Assembly: GCA_040954595.2 (NCBI GenBank) | Contig: CM082582.2 | Coordinates: 1,302,001-1,366,000 of the forward strand | Origin: Balanoglossus misakiensis | Lineage: Eukaryota; Animalia; Hemichordata | Length of the DNA stretch: 64,000 bases | Direction: 5' to 3' | Shown here: piece after piece, positions 15,715-28,289 of the stretch | Position numbering within the stretch: the first letter of the stretch is position 1 | Layout: each line of letters opens with the position of its first letter | Notes under the pieces: model-generated | Told to the model about the DNA's origin: nothing | Seen by the model: only the letters and a program-made list of their open reading frames with translations | Databases searched by the model: none | Program-made: the position numbers and the translations under genes

Positions 15715-15915
15715 GACGTCTGACTGACTGATTAACTGGCTGACTGACTTACTGACTGTCTGTCAACGTCGGTCTGTCTGACTGTCTGCCCCCTCTCTCT
15801 GAGAGAGAGAGTGAGCGAGCGAGCGAGCGAGCGACCGGTGAGTGTCTCTACTGATGAATGTTGCTCTGTCTGTCTGCTTGTGTCTGTCTGCCACTCTGCC
15901 TGTTTCACTCTGTCT
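15715..15915. repeat. Compound microsatellite (TGAC)n/(TGTC)n/(GA)n/(GAGC)n
   Basis: tgactgactg, ctgtctgtc, gagagagagagtgagcgagcgagcgagcgagcga read directly. Confidence 0.85.
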
Positions 15916-16699
15916 CTCCTAATTTCTTTAAAATTAGGGATATGCTATTAATGCGATATGAAAGTCAGACACGACGGAAACCTTTTATTCTCAAAACTGT
16001 CTGTTGTTTGCTGTTAAATATTGCAAAAGGTTAAGGGCCCTTTTCGCACGAGACACATGGCTTTGCAGCCGTAGCTCCCAATGTCATAACGATTACCCGA
16101 ACTACCCTAATTTTAGCCCGCCGACCCAAAACAGTTTAGATCTTCGCAAACCGGAAGTAAAAATAACGATGTCAAATATAAAACAATTCATGAAAATTGC
16201 GAGAATCACGCAAGAACTATGATGTCATTCTTCTACACTACGACGGCCAAAGATATAAAAAAAATTGAAAAATAAAAAAATGTCCCTTTCTACCTACAAT
16301 ATTTTTGAAAACCATGTAATCGGAATAGCACATATTAGTTTTTTTGGCCTGAGACATATCCAATTTCCCAACTGAACATGACACGTGATCAAGCATTTTC
16401 GACTTATCAGATGCAATCGCTGAACACCTCACACTGAGCGAGGTTTTGTCTGTCTTTATACGCGCCCTTTGTATTTGTGCGTGACATGTCCAAGCCTTGT
16501 TAGGAACTCCCGTAAAATTCTACTCAAATGATGTATACTTTCATACTTACGACTGACAGGTATTTTCAGCGTTGCCAGCTGATTGTTTGTCAGGTACCGC
16601 TTTATAACAAGACGCCCCTCTGAGTTGATAACCTGCAATGTAACATCATTCAATTGGTCTAGTCATGTTAGCATTAGTAAAATGCTTCAAAAGTGTTAA

Positions 16700-16990
16700 A
16701 GGGACATGATACAAGACACCGTTTATGTTAGTGAATGAACGTTCAACCACACACAACTTCCATCCGGCTTGTATGATACGAGAGTAAAAACTCGCCCGAA
16801 ATGAATAAATGGTAGAGACCGTTTATTCATTTTGGCTACTTTTTAAAACTCTCGTGTCTATACAAGCGGGGTGGAAGGTGTGTATGGTTGAACGTTGGTT
16901 CACTATATCCATATGTAGAATAATATAAACGCAGTCTTGTATCAAACATAATTAATGGAAAAAGGGCAGCGAGAGAGAGACTTTGTCCCT
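16700..16990. mobile_element. Palindromic MITE, TTAA target, AGGGACA termini (Kolobok-like); left end internally deleted
   Basis: ttaa|agggaca...ctttgtccct|ttaa; homologous to 33101-33447 and 17584-17891. Confidence 0.8.
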
Positions 16991-17583
16991 TTAATGAATA
17001 CAGCCACAATGTTCTGTTTATATCTACTGACGGACCAGGCATGGATTGTCACGTATAATTCTTTGAAACGTTTGGTCCTCTGAAGAAATCTGAGCACTCA
17101 TCTACTCAGTTTGCTTATTTTGTCTTCCTCCACCAGTCAGTGGTATCGTCCGATTTGATACTCCACTCTAAGCCTCTTTCTGAATGGCTCTTTAAGTTGT
17201 GACCTGTAAGTCTTAAACCTTTCATCATCCCCCCCCCCCCGTTTCCTCTTTAGAGGTCGTCAACTGGTAAACTGTGCGCCTGTGTCTCTTCCCATAGGAG
17301 TACATGGAGAATAGTTAGAAAACTCACTTCTACTATTGTCATTTTCATGAAATTTTACACATAGCTCCGACAAATCAAAATAAATTCATCACGCTCTATT
17401 TTGAGATAAACTTTGTTCAATATTGTATCCATAGGCAAACCATTGGTAGAAAATGCTGACCGTCAGCAGTTTTCTTCAATTATCGACTAAATTCACGGCC
17501 TTGTTTAAAGTCGAAAACAAGTGCAGTGACCCAAAATGGATTTTCATTATACATACAAATCAGAAACGAAAATCCACGATTAA

Positions 17584-17891
17584 AAGAAATGACAATACAA
17601 AACACCGTTTATGTTAATGTAAATGTGGATATATAGTGATGCAACGTTCAACCGCACACACCTTCCATCCCGCATGTAGACACGAGAGCGAAAACTCGCA
17701 AAACTGAAAAATCGGTCTCTACCATTAATTCATTTTGGGCGAGTTTTTACTCTCATATCATACAAGCAGGATGGAAGTTGTGTGTGGTTGAACGTTCATT
17801 CACTACATATACACATGCCCATTAATATAAACGGTGTCTTGTATCAAACATAATTAATAGAAAAGGGCGACGAGAGAGAGAGTTTGTCCCT
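17584..17891. mobile_element. Second copy of the AGGGACA/TTAA palindromic MITE (degenerate left end)
   Basis: Right end gagagagagtttgtccct|ttaa; internal arms match the 33101-33447 copy. Confidence 0.75.
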
Positions 17892-19204
17892 TTAAGGCGA
17901 CATGATGCATGAAGTGGCGAGAGATAAACGCGGCTGACCACCGCATTAAACACTGTCAAGCAAGGCACTTCAAATGCCAATTGTTTAAGTGTGTACTAAG
18001 TAATAGGTTCATGTACCATGGGGGGGGGGGGTCAAATCACAACAGTTGGACATGTACGAATATGAAGAGACGATATCAGTTTGTTCATGTCTTCCTTTAG
18101 TAAAAAATCTTTTTTGAACTTTGTATAGAATTCATTGAACTTTACTTTAGCTTATGAACTCTCATTTGCACATCGTCATCTTGAAATTGTGTCGACTTTA
18201 TCATAAGGTTTTTATAACTCAACTAGGTCGCAAAACCTATTTAAGTTAGTGAGAATAGGACGTTCACCTTTTGGGTTGATGGCTACAGCCGTTAATCCTG
18301 ACTCATACACATGTTGCAGCCAGTATACTCTGCAGACATTGGACACAATAGTTTTACGAACCATTAAATTTTATTGGACCATCAAGTTTATTGACCCATG
18401 ACGTTCATATAGATTTTATGACACGACTGACGCTATAATCGGTCCTTACCTTTGGCGAGCCAAGTGTTTTATAACATCATAAGATATTAATACCTATCAC
18501 CCAGTCAAACGATTTCAAGTTATAAAATTTCCACGCCAATAGGACGCCTTTAGGTGGAAATGCAACCAGGTATCCTAAATAGGAAAATATTCCGGGTATC
18601 TGTCAAGTTTAGTCCCATATTTAGGGGACCAAGAGCCCTCAGGCGCTTGGTACCCTTCTCTTATTGCTGGAGTTTGTCTTCTTTCTTCTTGAGTCGTTTT
18701 TTTGCGCCCGTTTTTCTCTGAAATTCCGGCAGGTGCGCCTCCAAATTTGGCACGGTGGTTGGGGCCCATGAGTACTGGTGCACCTGCCCTTTGAATTTGT
18801 AATTAGTCACGTGACTTTGTGGCTATAATCGAGCGAAATTTTCAAATTGACCTAATTTGCACGTTAATGGGGGCATGTACATTCTTTTCGCGATTTTTGT
18901 AGACCATGTGGCCAAAATCCCCTGTGCCAAATTTCAAGGTCCTAGGCCACGTCGATTTTGAGAAGAAGATTTTTGTAATATTTTTTCGCATTTTTTGGTG
19001 GGCTGAGGACGGACACTGGGGCATCGGACTTTGACCGTCATTACGTAATGTTGTGGAGATCTCATTAGCAGGCTACTCACTTCTGGCGGGTTGCAGTAGT
19101 CCTTGGAAAATCGGCTGAAATACGTAAACAGACCAGTGATTATTTTCCACGGAATGAATTTTGGGACAACACATTATCGGAGTTCAGGCTGTGTTAGGGC
19201 GTTT

Positions 19205-21750
19205 TATTGAATTACGCTGAGTTTGGATTGACCACTGTGTTACCACTAAAATTTTTTATAGCAATGTTCTTTCAATTTCGAGTCTTTGCAATGTTGTTGA
19301 CTCCGACCATATTGCTGTTTCAATAGAGGTTCATTTCAACACTTCTGCTGATGAATGCTTCAGCAGTAGTTCCTTCAAGCAATGTAATTTTCGAGTTGAT
19401 TGGAAAAAATTGTCACAGCAGAATATATCCGCCTACACCCGTTGTACCAAAGCCAAGGTTGATAAGATTAATATATCCGAAGAGTTATTCTGCACTAATG
19501 TGAACTGTACATACCCTTCGCATTTACAGGCAATTGATACTTGTTATAGTAGTGTTGTGGACGCATTGAATTGTGCTGCAAAAGATACCATTAGGCGTAA
19601 GTTTCACCAGAAAGTTCATGTTGTGCCTGGCTGGAACGATTTTGTAAAAGAAAGTCACGACTATGCCCGTTCCATGTGTTTATTATGGGTTAATGGGGGT
19701 AAACCTTAACAAGGCCCGCTTTTTGAAACCATGAAATCTTCCAGAGCTCGTTTTAAGTATGCTTTACGTGCTTGTAAAAAGATTGAGAATCAAAATAGGG
19801 CTGACAAGATGGCTGACAATTTACGCTGCCACAAACAGAACGACTTCTGGAAGGAAGTCAGAAAGCAAACTAGCAGAAAAATGCCGCTTTCTGACACTGT
19901 AGGTGGAGCGACTGGTGAGAGTGAAATTGCAATTATGTGGCACAAGCATTTCAGTGATATTTTGAATTCTGTCCAGGCTCAGACTGGTAAAAATGACATC
20001 GAGGAGAAAATGAAGTATGTTAAATTTTCTTCTGATATGTATGTTTCTGAAGAAGAAGTAATTTCTGCTATACATAAGTTACCTGACGATAAGACAGCTG
20101 GCATTGACAATATTTCAGCTGAGCACCTCAAATTCTCAGACTCCTCTATTTTACCCATTTTGACTTGATTGTTCATGGTTACCTGCAAACTGAGGCTATC
20201 AAAGTTATTTTAGTTCCAATTAAGGATAAAACTAAGCTTTGTAGTGATGCCAGTAACTACCGGCCGATAGCACTAGCAACTGTTTTCTCTAAAGTTTTTG
20301 AGCCTATTTTACTTTCTCGTTGTGAGGAGTTTCTTACCTCTCATTATTTACAATGTGGTTTCAAGCGAGAACATTCAACTGACCTGTGTTTATTTGCATT
20401 TAAAGAAATCATTAGCTACTACACCAGCAATGGAAGACCAGTGTTTACTTGTTTTCTGGATGCTTCAAAAGCTTTTGACAGAGTTAATCACTTTAAACTG
20501 GTTAACAAGCTCATCGACAGGAATGTTCCCTTGTATGCTGTACGAATTTTATATTAAAGGTCCCATGCCATGCCCTATACAACCACGCGTAAAATCACTA
20601 TTTGGGTCTTGAAGTTAACGTATGTTACTATCTTGCAATGCGTTTTGCCCCTTGTGCTTAGATAACAAGCAAGTAAAAGTGGCGGGTGGGCGTGTACCCC
20701 TAACCCAACTCAGTCGATTTTTTTTGGCTTTTCGAAGTTAAGCCGAAGACTTATCTTGATGTGGACAAATAGTCTTTCACACCTTTGTAAATCCTCTGCC
20801 TGCAATGTGAGGCAAGGGCTTCCTTTGCTTTGAACACTGTTTATATAGCTTATCTTTGTCTGTGGACTTAATTACTCATGGACCGATAATTACACTTTAC
20901 TGTAAACAGAATGGTACACTACGACATAGTGTACTTGTTTGTCCATATGCAAATACCTTCGCCTGGCTCGAGTGCGAAGTGGCTCCCCGATCACAGGCAT
21001 GAAAAAAGGTGGCAAATTCCGGCATTCGTGCACATTTTTCGGAACCGACACAATAGGCAATGCATAGACAGGTACCCTAGGTGAGCTTTTGACGTGGAAA
21101 AATGAAAACTTTCCAAAGCATGACATGTGACCTTTAATGGTACAGAAATCAATTGTTTACTGTGTTGTGGGGTAATGAAACCTCAGAGTTGTTTTCTGTT
21201 TCTAACGGTGTAAGACAAGGGGGAGTACTCTCTCCCTATCTTTTTAATGTCTACATTGATGATCTTATCAATGCACTCTGTAAAGCCAAAGTTGGCTGTA
21301 CCATGTGTGGTGTCAGCGCTAACACTTTAGGTTACGCTGACGACATGACTCTACTCAGTCCAAGTATTAAGGGTCTACACCGTCTTCTTAGAATTTGTGA
21401 AATTTATGGCAAGGATTATGATATAATTTATAATTCTAGTAAAACTGTGTGCATGCTTTTTAATGGGAAGAATATGAGCGTTCAAAGAATTCCTTCGGTT
21501 AAACTTAATGACATCACTTTAAAGTTTGTACCTGTACACACCTATCTGGGCCATGTTATATCTTGTGAGGGTTGTGATAATGAAGATATTGAACGACAGA
21601 GAAGAGCATTTTGTGTTAGAGCAAACATGCTATTGAGACATTTTCAACATTTTAGTCAAGATGTGAAGAAAGTTTTATTTTTGGCATATTGTAGTAATAT
21701 TTACTGTTGCAGTTTGTGGGCATCCTTTAAAGTAAAACCGGTGAAAAAAT
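19205..21750 (+). pseudogene. Decayed non-LTR retrotransposon ORF (end of APE endonuclease plus reverse transcriptase), RTEX-like
   Basis: WIDHCV and DSDHIAV (APE end), VPGWNDFVK...RARFKYALR, NYRPIAL, FLDASKAFDRV, GVRQGGVLSPYLF, YADD across ORFs 19410-21812; stops, frameshifts and a MITE insertion. Clade assignment is from motif recollection. Confidence 0.9.
20558..21133. mobile_element. Non-autonomous DNA transposon with TTAA TSD and AGG termini (Kolobok-like) inserted in the RT domain
   Basis: ttaa|aggtcccatgccatgc...gcatgacatgtgacct|ttaa (16-bp TIR, 2 mismatches); RT frame resumes after it (WYRNQLFTV). Confidence 0.88.
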
Positions 21751-22454
21751 TTAAAACAGTGGACTTTGACCCTAAGTCGCTAATGTTGTGGGAGGTTTCA
21801 TTAGCATTGTAGTCACATGTAGTGGATAGTAGTTTGGGAAATTGGCTGAAATACGTCAGCAGACCAGTGATTTTCTTGCACGACAGGAGTATGGTACCAG
21901 CAATAATCAGAGATCAGGCTTCGTTGCCGTTCAAAAGTTCCTACTTCAGTCGTGATGTTGCAACTGGACGTTCAGTATGGGGGTCGGCCCGCAGGTGGCC
22001 GTGTGGGTTATCAGGTCGCCCGTAACGGCACGCAGCTACATGCAGCTGTATGGGACTAAAATAATACACCCGATTCGGGTGTCACCTGTGACACCTGCAT
22101 AACTCAATAATTATGTGCATGCGTAATTGTGGGGTCAATGAAAGGGGTGGTAGCGTGCTATTTGTTGCACATGGATCAATATGAAGTCCGATTTTCCCGT
22201 CAAGTTGTGGGCGACCTTATGTGACCTTTCACCTACTTTTGCTTAGTGAGCATCCACAGCAGATGCATGCAGCTTTGGCTTGGGAGGGGGGGGGGCATAT
22301 ACGGATGGGACCATAATGATATACCAAAGGCGGGGTCGTCTGTTGCACCTGCCTAAGTCATTGATTTTGTACATTTAATTGGACACTAACCAACAGGGCG
22401 ATAGGTGTGGTTTTTGTTCCACAGGGACGAATGTAAGTGTCAGTTGGTTTTTGC

Positions 22455-23631
22455 CCAAATGTCCATTGAGGCCTGTATCCGTGATCTTAAGGACTGGATG
22501 ACCCAAAACAAGCTTCAACTCAACGACTCCAAAAACTGAGATTCTACTTATTCGTTCACAATTTCATCACTCTGCTGATGCTATTGACAAGATTACCATT
22601 GGTTCAAGCTCTGTTCCCGTCGTTAAATCAGCTCGCAATATTGGTGTAATATTTAAGCAATAAAACACCCCAAGCCATGGTATATCACGAGATTTTGACC
22701 AGTTCACGACATATACGCACGAGCGATAGCGAGTGCGTATATGGAGTTGAACTGGTCAAAATCGAGTGGTATACCATGGCTGGGGGTGTTTTATTGCTAT
22801 TATATTATGCCAGTATATTGAAACTTTGCATAAAACATTTTAAAAAGGCATTTTCTTTAACTATGATATATGACTGTGGTATATGGCTAATATATCACGG
22901 TCACGTGTCGTGTCTCGACCAATCAAATAGCGTGATTTACACCATCAATATACTGGTATAATATAATTGACAATACGCACATGTATAAAGATCACATCAA
23001 GAAAACTTGTCAATCAATATATTACCACTTTCGCCGTGTCGGACAAATCAGGAAATTTCTTAACAAAGCAACATGTCAAACAGTGATTCATGCTATTTTG
23101 GCAGCGAAACTCGACTATGGTAATGCATTACTGTATGGTATACCAGAACGCAGTCTGAACCTTCTACAACGCACACAAAATACAGCTGCAAGAATCATAA
23201 CTCGGTCCAGGAAGTCTGCCCATATAACGCCAGTTCTTCAACTTCTTCATTGGTTACCAGTTTGCCACAGGATAGAGTATAAAATAAATCTGCTCACATA
23301 CAAAGCCTTAAATAATCTCGCTCCGAACTATATCCGCGATCTCATTCGGACATATTCTCCTGGTCGCAGGCTTCGTTCAGCTAATAAGAGCCTTTTATGC
23401 ACTACAATGTACAAACGTTCTTCATACGGTGGCCGAGCATTCTCTCATGCTGCAACGAAACTGTGGAACATTCGTCAAGCTCCAAGTTTGAGTATCTTTA
23501 AGAAAAGACTGAAGACGCATTATTTCGCAAGAGCATATGGTGTGGGCCAATGAGCACAAGCGCCTTTGAGTATGACACTTGTTATAGATACTGGCGCTAT
23601 ACAAATTTCTCTGATTGATTGATTGATTGAT
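22455..23631 (+). pseudogene. 5'-truncated L2-clade LINE (RT C-terminus, 3' UTR, (GATT)n tail)
   Basis: IEACIRDLKDWMTQNKLQLNDSK, SARNIGVIFD, KLDYGNALLYG, QNTAARII, HITPVLQLLHWLPV, GRAFS, FKKRLKTHYF; tail ctgattgattgattgattga. Confidence 0.92.
22653..22966. mobile_element. Palindromic non-autonomous insert without TSD (resembles CryptonV-type elements)
   Basis: Long hairpin gcaataaaacacccc...ggggtgttttattgc plus a second IR (tattatgccagtatattg / caatatactggtataata); removal restores L2 codons GVIFD exactly. Confidence 0.75.
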
Positions 23632-24440
23632 GTATAAGGTGATTTGGATGACCTCTGTCATAGAGTGCCATATATCATCCCGTTGTACAGGTGCAGCTTT
23701 GGTATTTGGAGGGATGAAACTATCATGAAATGCCAAATACAGGGGGATACCTTTGACACCTGCTTGATTCATGTATTACGTGCATACCTAATGTTAGGCA
23801 AAGTGAAAGGGCTGCAAATGTAGGATTTGTTGCACAAGACATAAACAGGAATGAAATTTTTCTGTCAAATTTTTGAATGACCTCAGGTGTCCATTGACCT
23901 GCTTTCCATATGTTAGCATGCACATCATATATAGCCACGTGTTTGGAGGGGTAGGGTAGGACCGTCATGAAATGCTAAATTCCTAGGGCCACCTGTAACT
24001 TACTTGCGTAACTCATTATTATGGCCATACCTAATTTTAAAAACCCAAAGGGCGAGAATTTTCCGTTGTCTTGAATATGAACCAAATAGGAATCCAAATT
24101 TTTGGCCCAATTTTTGGGTACCCTCAGCTGACCTTTGAAGTACTTAACTGAAGTCCTTACATAACGTAGAAGTTCACTTGTGGTTGTTGTGTTTGTACTT
24201 GTAGGACATCCATTTCGGGTGGTTGCCTACTTCCCCATATCTCCACATCCAGAGCAAATACAGCCTACGCAATTGAATGGTACAACCCTGAATGGAGTCT
24301 AATGGTTATTATCTCTATGCTTGGGCCCCTTCAATGCTGCTTGGAGCTTTAATTATTACTATTATTATTGTCACGATATAAAGACACCAACTAAAAACTT
24401 ACAAAATCACAATGTCTTCACAACTCAAAATTTCACTCAC

Positions 24441-25530
24441 TTCTTTTAGTTTGGTAGCCACCCCTCCTTTCTGTCCTAGCATAACAGGAGCACCATCACT
24501 GCCCAAAGCAGACAGACGATCTCTTAAGACAATACCATTCTCTGAAGAAAACTCTTTCACTGACTGTGCAATGGTGTCTGCTCTGCCATCACCAACCTAA
24601 AACAGTGAAAATAAAACCTTGATGTTAACACATGCAATGTACAACTCAATGTTTGTCTCACCTGAAATAACTAGTCAGCAAAATCAATTAAATGAGGTCA
24701 CTCAAAAACATGTTTAATCGTATGTTTTTAATTCAGTGTAGACTTAAAAATTGAAAAACTTTCCACTTACTTCTTTAACTCCAAGGAAAGACACAACTGA
24801 CTTCCCAGACTTCAAGGTGTACTTGGAATAGATGATTAATTGCTTCAATACAGCCACATCAGTTGTTTTCATCTATTAACAGTGAATATAAGTTACTTCC
24901 TTTCATCTTCTCTAAAATCTCATCACGGATGACTTTGCCTGAAAAATGAAATAAATGAAAATTACTCTTCAGATTAAACTTATCAAAATTCACAGTAATT
25001 TGTACAGTAATTATTCTTTATTGAGTGTAACACTATTGCTTAAACAGTGATCCTTTCTTGAAAACAACCAGGTTTAAATAAATGTTACTACATTGCCTAC
25101 AATTTAGATCTGCACAAAAATCAGTAGACCTACTTACCAATACAATAAACCATTATAGTTGTGGTCATCACTGCTGAGAGTACCAAGGAATGAACACCCG
25201 AGGGACTTTGCCAATTCCAAAACATGGATGAAGTTGGTGGTGTGCGGCAATTCTCTGTGCATGAGAAAATACATGCATCGTAGGACGCCGATGCATGAAG
25301 GCTTGCGTCTCAAAGGTGATGACCTTGTCAAATGCAGCCACAAGACCGCTGCTGTTCTCCATAACTGCTGCCTCGGCGTCAAGCTGCATTGCCGCCCGGT
25401 CGATAATCGTCTCTTCATGCTGCTTGAGTTTGTCTTCGCGAAGGGTGGTACATGTACATGGAGATGTTGTAACCCAAGTCCCTCCGCACTTGGCCTTCTG
25501 CTTGTGTTTTGTACAAAGGCGACAAAACAT
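24441..25530 (-). pseudogene. ZNF862-like hAT transposase pseudogene, three exons (~25530-25138, 24938-24771, 24596-24441)
   Basis: MFCRLCTKH...LKQHE zinc-finger-like region; YFLMHRELPHTTNF; LLIDE/TTDVAVLKQLIIY; LGSDGAPVMLGQKGGVATKLKE; GT-AG introns (gtaagt/gtgagt donors, ttttcag/ttttag acceptors); frameshifts present. Confidence 0.85.
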
Positions 25531-27865
25531 CCCTAAACTGAATAAATATCATTCTCTCAAATGCCAGCCGCATGCGGGAGCGTGCACCAGAAACAATAAA
25601 TATTTACCAAGGCGGGAATGAAAAGAAAGCAGGGCGGCGCGTAAGATAGCAGGGTGGCAAAAAATAAAGGAGGGCGGGCCTGCCCAGCTAACCCCCCCCC
25701 CCAAAGTATTAACGCTCTGTGTTTACCATAGACTAATAGTGTCTCAAATTTTACCCTGTGTGAACCTGGTAAGAGACGTGTCTCAAATCTGAGAAGATTC
25801 AGGACCACTTAAACCATTCACCAATAATAATTTATGCCAGTATTTGATCTGAGACGTTTTAGCAATTTCTTGTGTGACCCCCATATCAGTTGAAGCTGAC
25901 AAATCCAGTATTTTGAATTTTTACATGGATTTTGTATACAGTGTGAATTGTAATTAAAGCTCCATTACCTTTACCTTTTTCCTATGTTTTCAGTATCTTT
26001 GTTTAGCAGTTTCTTGTGCAAATTCCCGAAACATGATGAAACATATATGTGTATGGTCAGCATTGTTATTGTGCCAAATTGGAATTTAAGTCCAGACTAG
26101 AATCCATGAATTATTGTCAACAATGACAATGGCCATTATACACATACATTCTGTGCTGACAAGTAACAATCTGTGTGGAGTAGAACATGAAATCGCATTT
26201 GCTACATAGAACAAAAATACTGGAAATAAAGCCAAAAGATACAACGAATGTATATTTAACTTTAACTGCATTCTCATTCTCATCTGTATATATTTTACTG
26301 AGATTGTTTCATCAGGGTTTATCAGTATTCTAAACCAGCTTATGTGTGCATACAATCTGATTAAAATCAGATGTAGGGTACGGCGACGTCTTTTACTTCG
26401 CAGTACGGTATTCTTATACTGTCGCCTCACACTACATCTGACCAACTCCCATAGAAGCTCCCGTTGAAAACTCTAGTAAACCAATCAGACGGTGCCTTAT
26501 AGAGAACTTTAGGTATCCTTCAGTTTTGATTGACATAACGTGCAATCTGATTGGCTTGGCCGCAACGGGACGTTGAACAAGCTTCTATATCTGATTCATA
26601 TAATACTGAAAGGGTTAAGAATGGCACACACTACATGTATGAGCTCATGGAATGTGTTTCTTCCCATAGGATAACATTGAGAATTGATAGAAAACCCTTT
26701 TCTACTATTGTAATTTTAAGAAGTTTCACTCATAACTCATCCAAATGAAATTAAATTGAGTGATTCATATAAGTTGTAGGCTCACCACTGTGCTCAGTTT
26801 TGAGATAAACTTAAATGTGTCCATGCCTATAGAAAAATAACATAGAAAGACCTATGGTGAAAAATGTTGACTTTAATTCAGGCTGCATTAGTGGAAAAAT
26901 AATCATACTTTGTCTGGCATAGAAACTCAGAATCTACAAAAAAGGCCTTTAAAACATGAATGGAAATGAAAATACTGCTACAATAAGAAATTCTTACCTT
27001 GAATAAAGTATTTATTGGTACCACCACTTCCATAAAGAAACCACTTTGCTGGTGTAATGAGTTGTCAATCTGGGTTTGCTCATTGGCCTTGCTTTGAGTT
27101 CCAATTCATGATGATGGTGTATTAGGACACTGGACTTGAAACAGGTGTATGCTGGTATTATACACGTTGAAAGTATTGTCATTCTTTTAATTGTGGATTT
27201 TTGGATTATGCTGTGTATGTATAATGAGAATCCGTTAAAAATTGTAGGGGTCATTGCCCTTTTTAAAAAAAATACAGAGCCATGAATTTAGTTGATAATA
27301 GAAGAAATTTGCTGTCTCAGCATTTTTCACCAATGCTTTGTCTATGGGCGAAGATTTTAACGCAATTTATCTCATAATAGAGCTTGGTGACCACATAATT
27401 TTTTTTGACCAATGAATTTACGTTTACTTGACTGAGGTATGTGTAAAATTTCGTGAAAAAGACAATAGTAGAAGTTTGTTTTCTGGCAATTATCGATGTA
27501 ATCCTTTCAGGAACAGACACACATGCACTGTTTATCAGTTTATGTTGTGCGTGTACATCCTTAAATGGTATTTGCCTCTCATGCCTTCCAAATTGTGATT
27601 CTGTTCTAGTGTTTTTGTTAAGGGCGGTACCTAGATAAAATCTACCGGAGTACCCCAGTCACTCCGAATTAAAACAACAGAACAAGGCCAATGTCACAGT
27701 GGTCAGGCAGTCTACCAGAGTTCCCCAGTCATTTTACCGGGGTTCCCCTGGGTGTATCAATGTGGTTATATTAGGAGGTTATAGGAATATTAACGGGGTT
27801 CCCAAATCCATTACCAGTGTTCCCCGACCTTTGCAAAAACACTGTGTTCTTTTTATCCTCCACAG

Positions 27866-28075
27866 GAAGAGACAAAGAAAAGCATAGCAACCTCTGCTGA
27901 TACTGCCACAACAAGCACAAGCACAAACACACCCCAGCCTGTAGCTTCTGCGAACCAACAACCCCCACCCTATCCAGCCGCAGCATACCAGCAACACTTC
28001 CAGCAGATGTCATACCCGAACCCATTCGTGTCTCAGTACGCTGCGTTTGCAGGAGCCGGACAGCCGCCACGATAT
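27866..28075 (+). CDS. Isolated coding-like exon fragment (T/P/Q/Y-rich, PPPY motif), gene unknown
   Basis: Acceptor ttctttttatcctccacag then an open frame EETKKSIATSADTATTSTSTNTPQPVASANQQPPPYPAAAYQQHFQQMSYPNPFVSQYAAFAGAGQPPRY; no donor seen. Confidence 0.5.
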
Positions 28076-28289
28076 AACATCAATTATATTTGTTTTCTGA
28101 AAATGCCTATTGTTGACCAAAAGATGGCTAAATGGCAATTTTGTACTGAGCGGGGTGTCTCAATAAGACCGTTGTGCTGGTATCAGCATATTTTTTGCAC
28201 ACACACACACAAAAAAAACGAATTTACATACATCACAAGGGCTCTGAATATAAAGGAATAAGTTTGTATTTATTTTTTCTAACAGTTAC

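Larger units (their letters stand above)
18620..22450 (+). mobile_element. Probable Helentron-like non-autonomous element with internal repeats, interrupted by a LINE
   Basis: Diverged direct repeat on either side of the LINE (ggactttgacc...ggctgaaatacgt..cagaccagtgatt at ~19027-19190 and ~21761-21925); aaatttggcac-type motifs. Boundaries approximate. Confidence 0.4.

Noticed and set aside
14510-16653. Short ORFs right of the satellite
   Set aside because: No recognisable motifs or consistent exon structure
17507-17521. 15-mer aaagtcgaaaacaag identical to the satellite/unique junction at ~14179-14193
   Set aside because: A-rich match that does not extend on either side; cannot support a TSD or origin claim
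24255-24350. Possible C-terminal hAT dimerisation remnant (SIEG-like) on the minus strand
   Set aside because: Similarity too short and needs a frameshift; not supportable by eye
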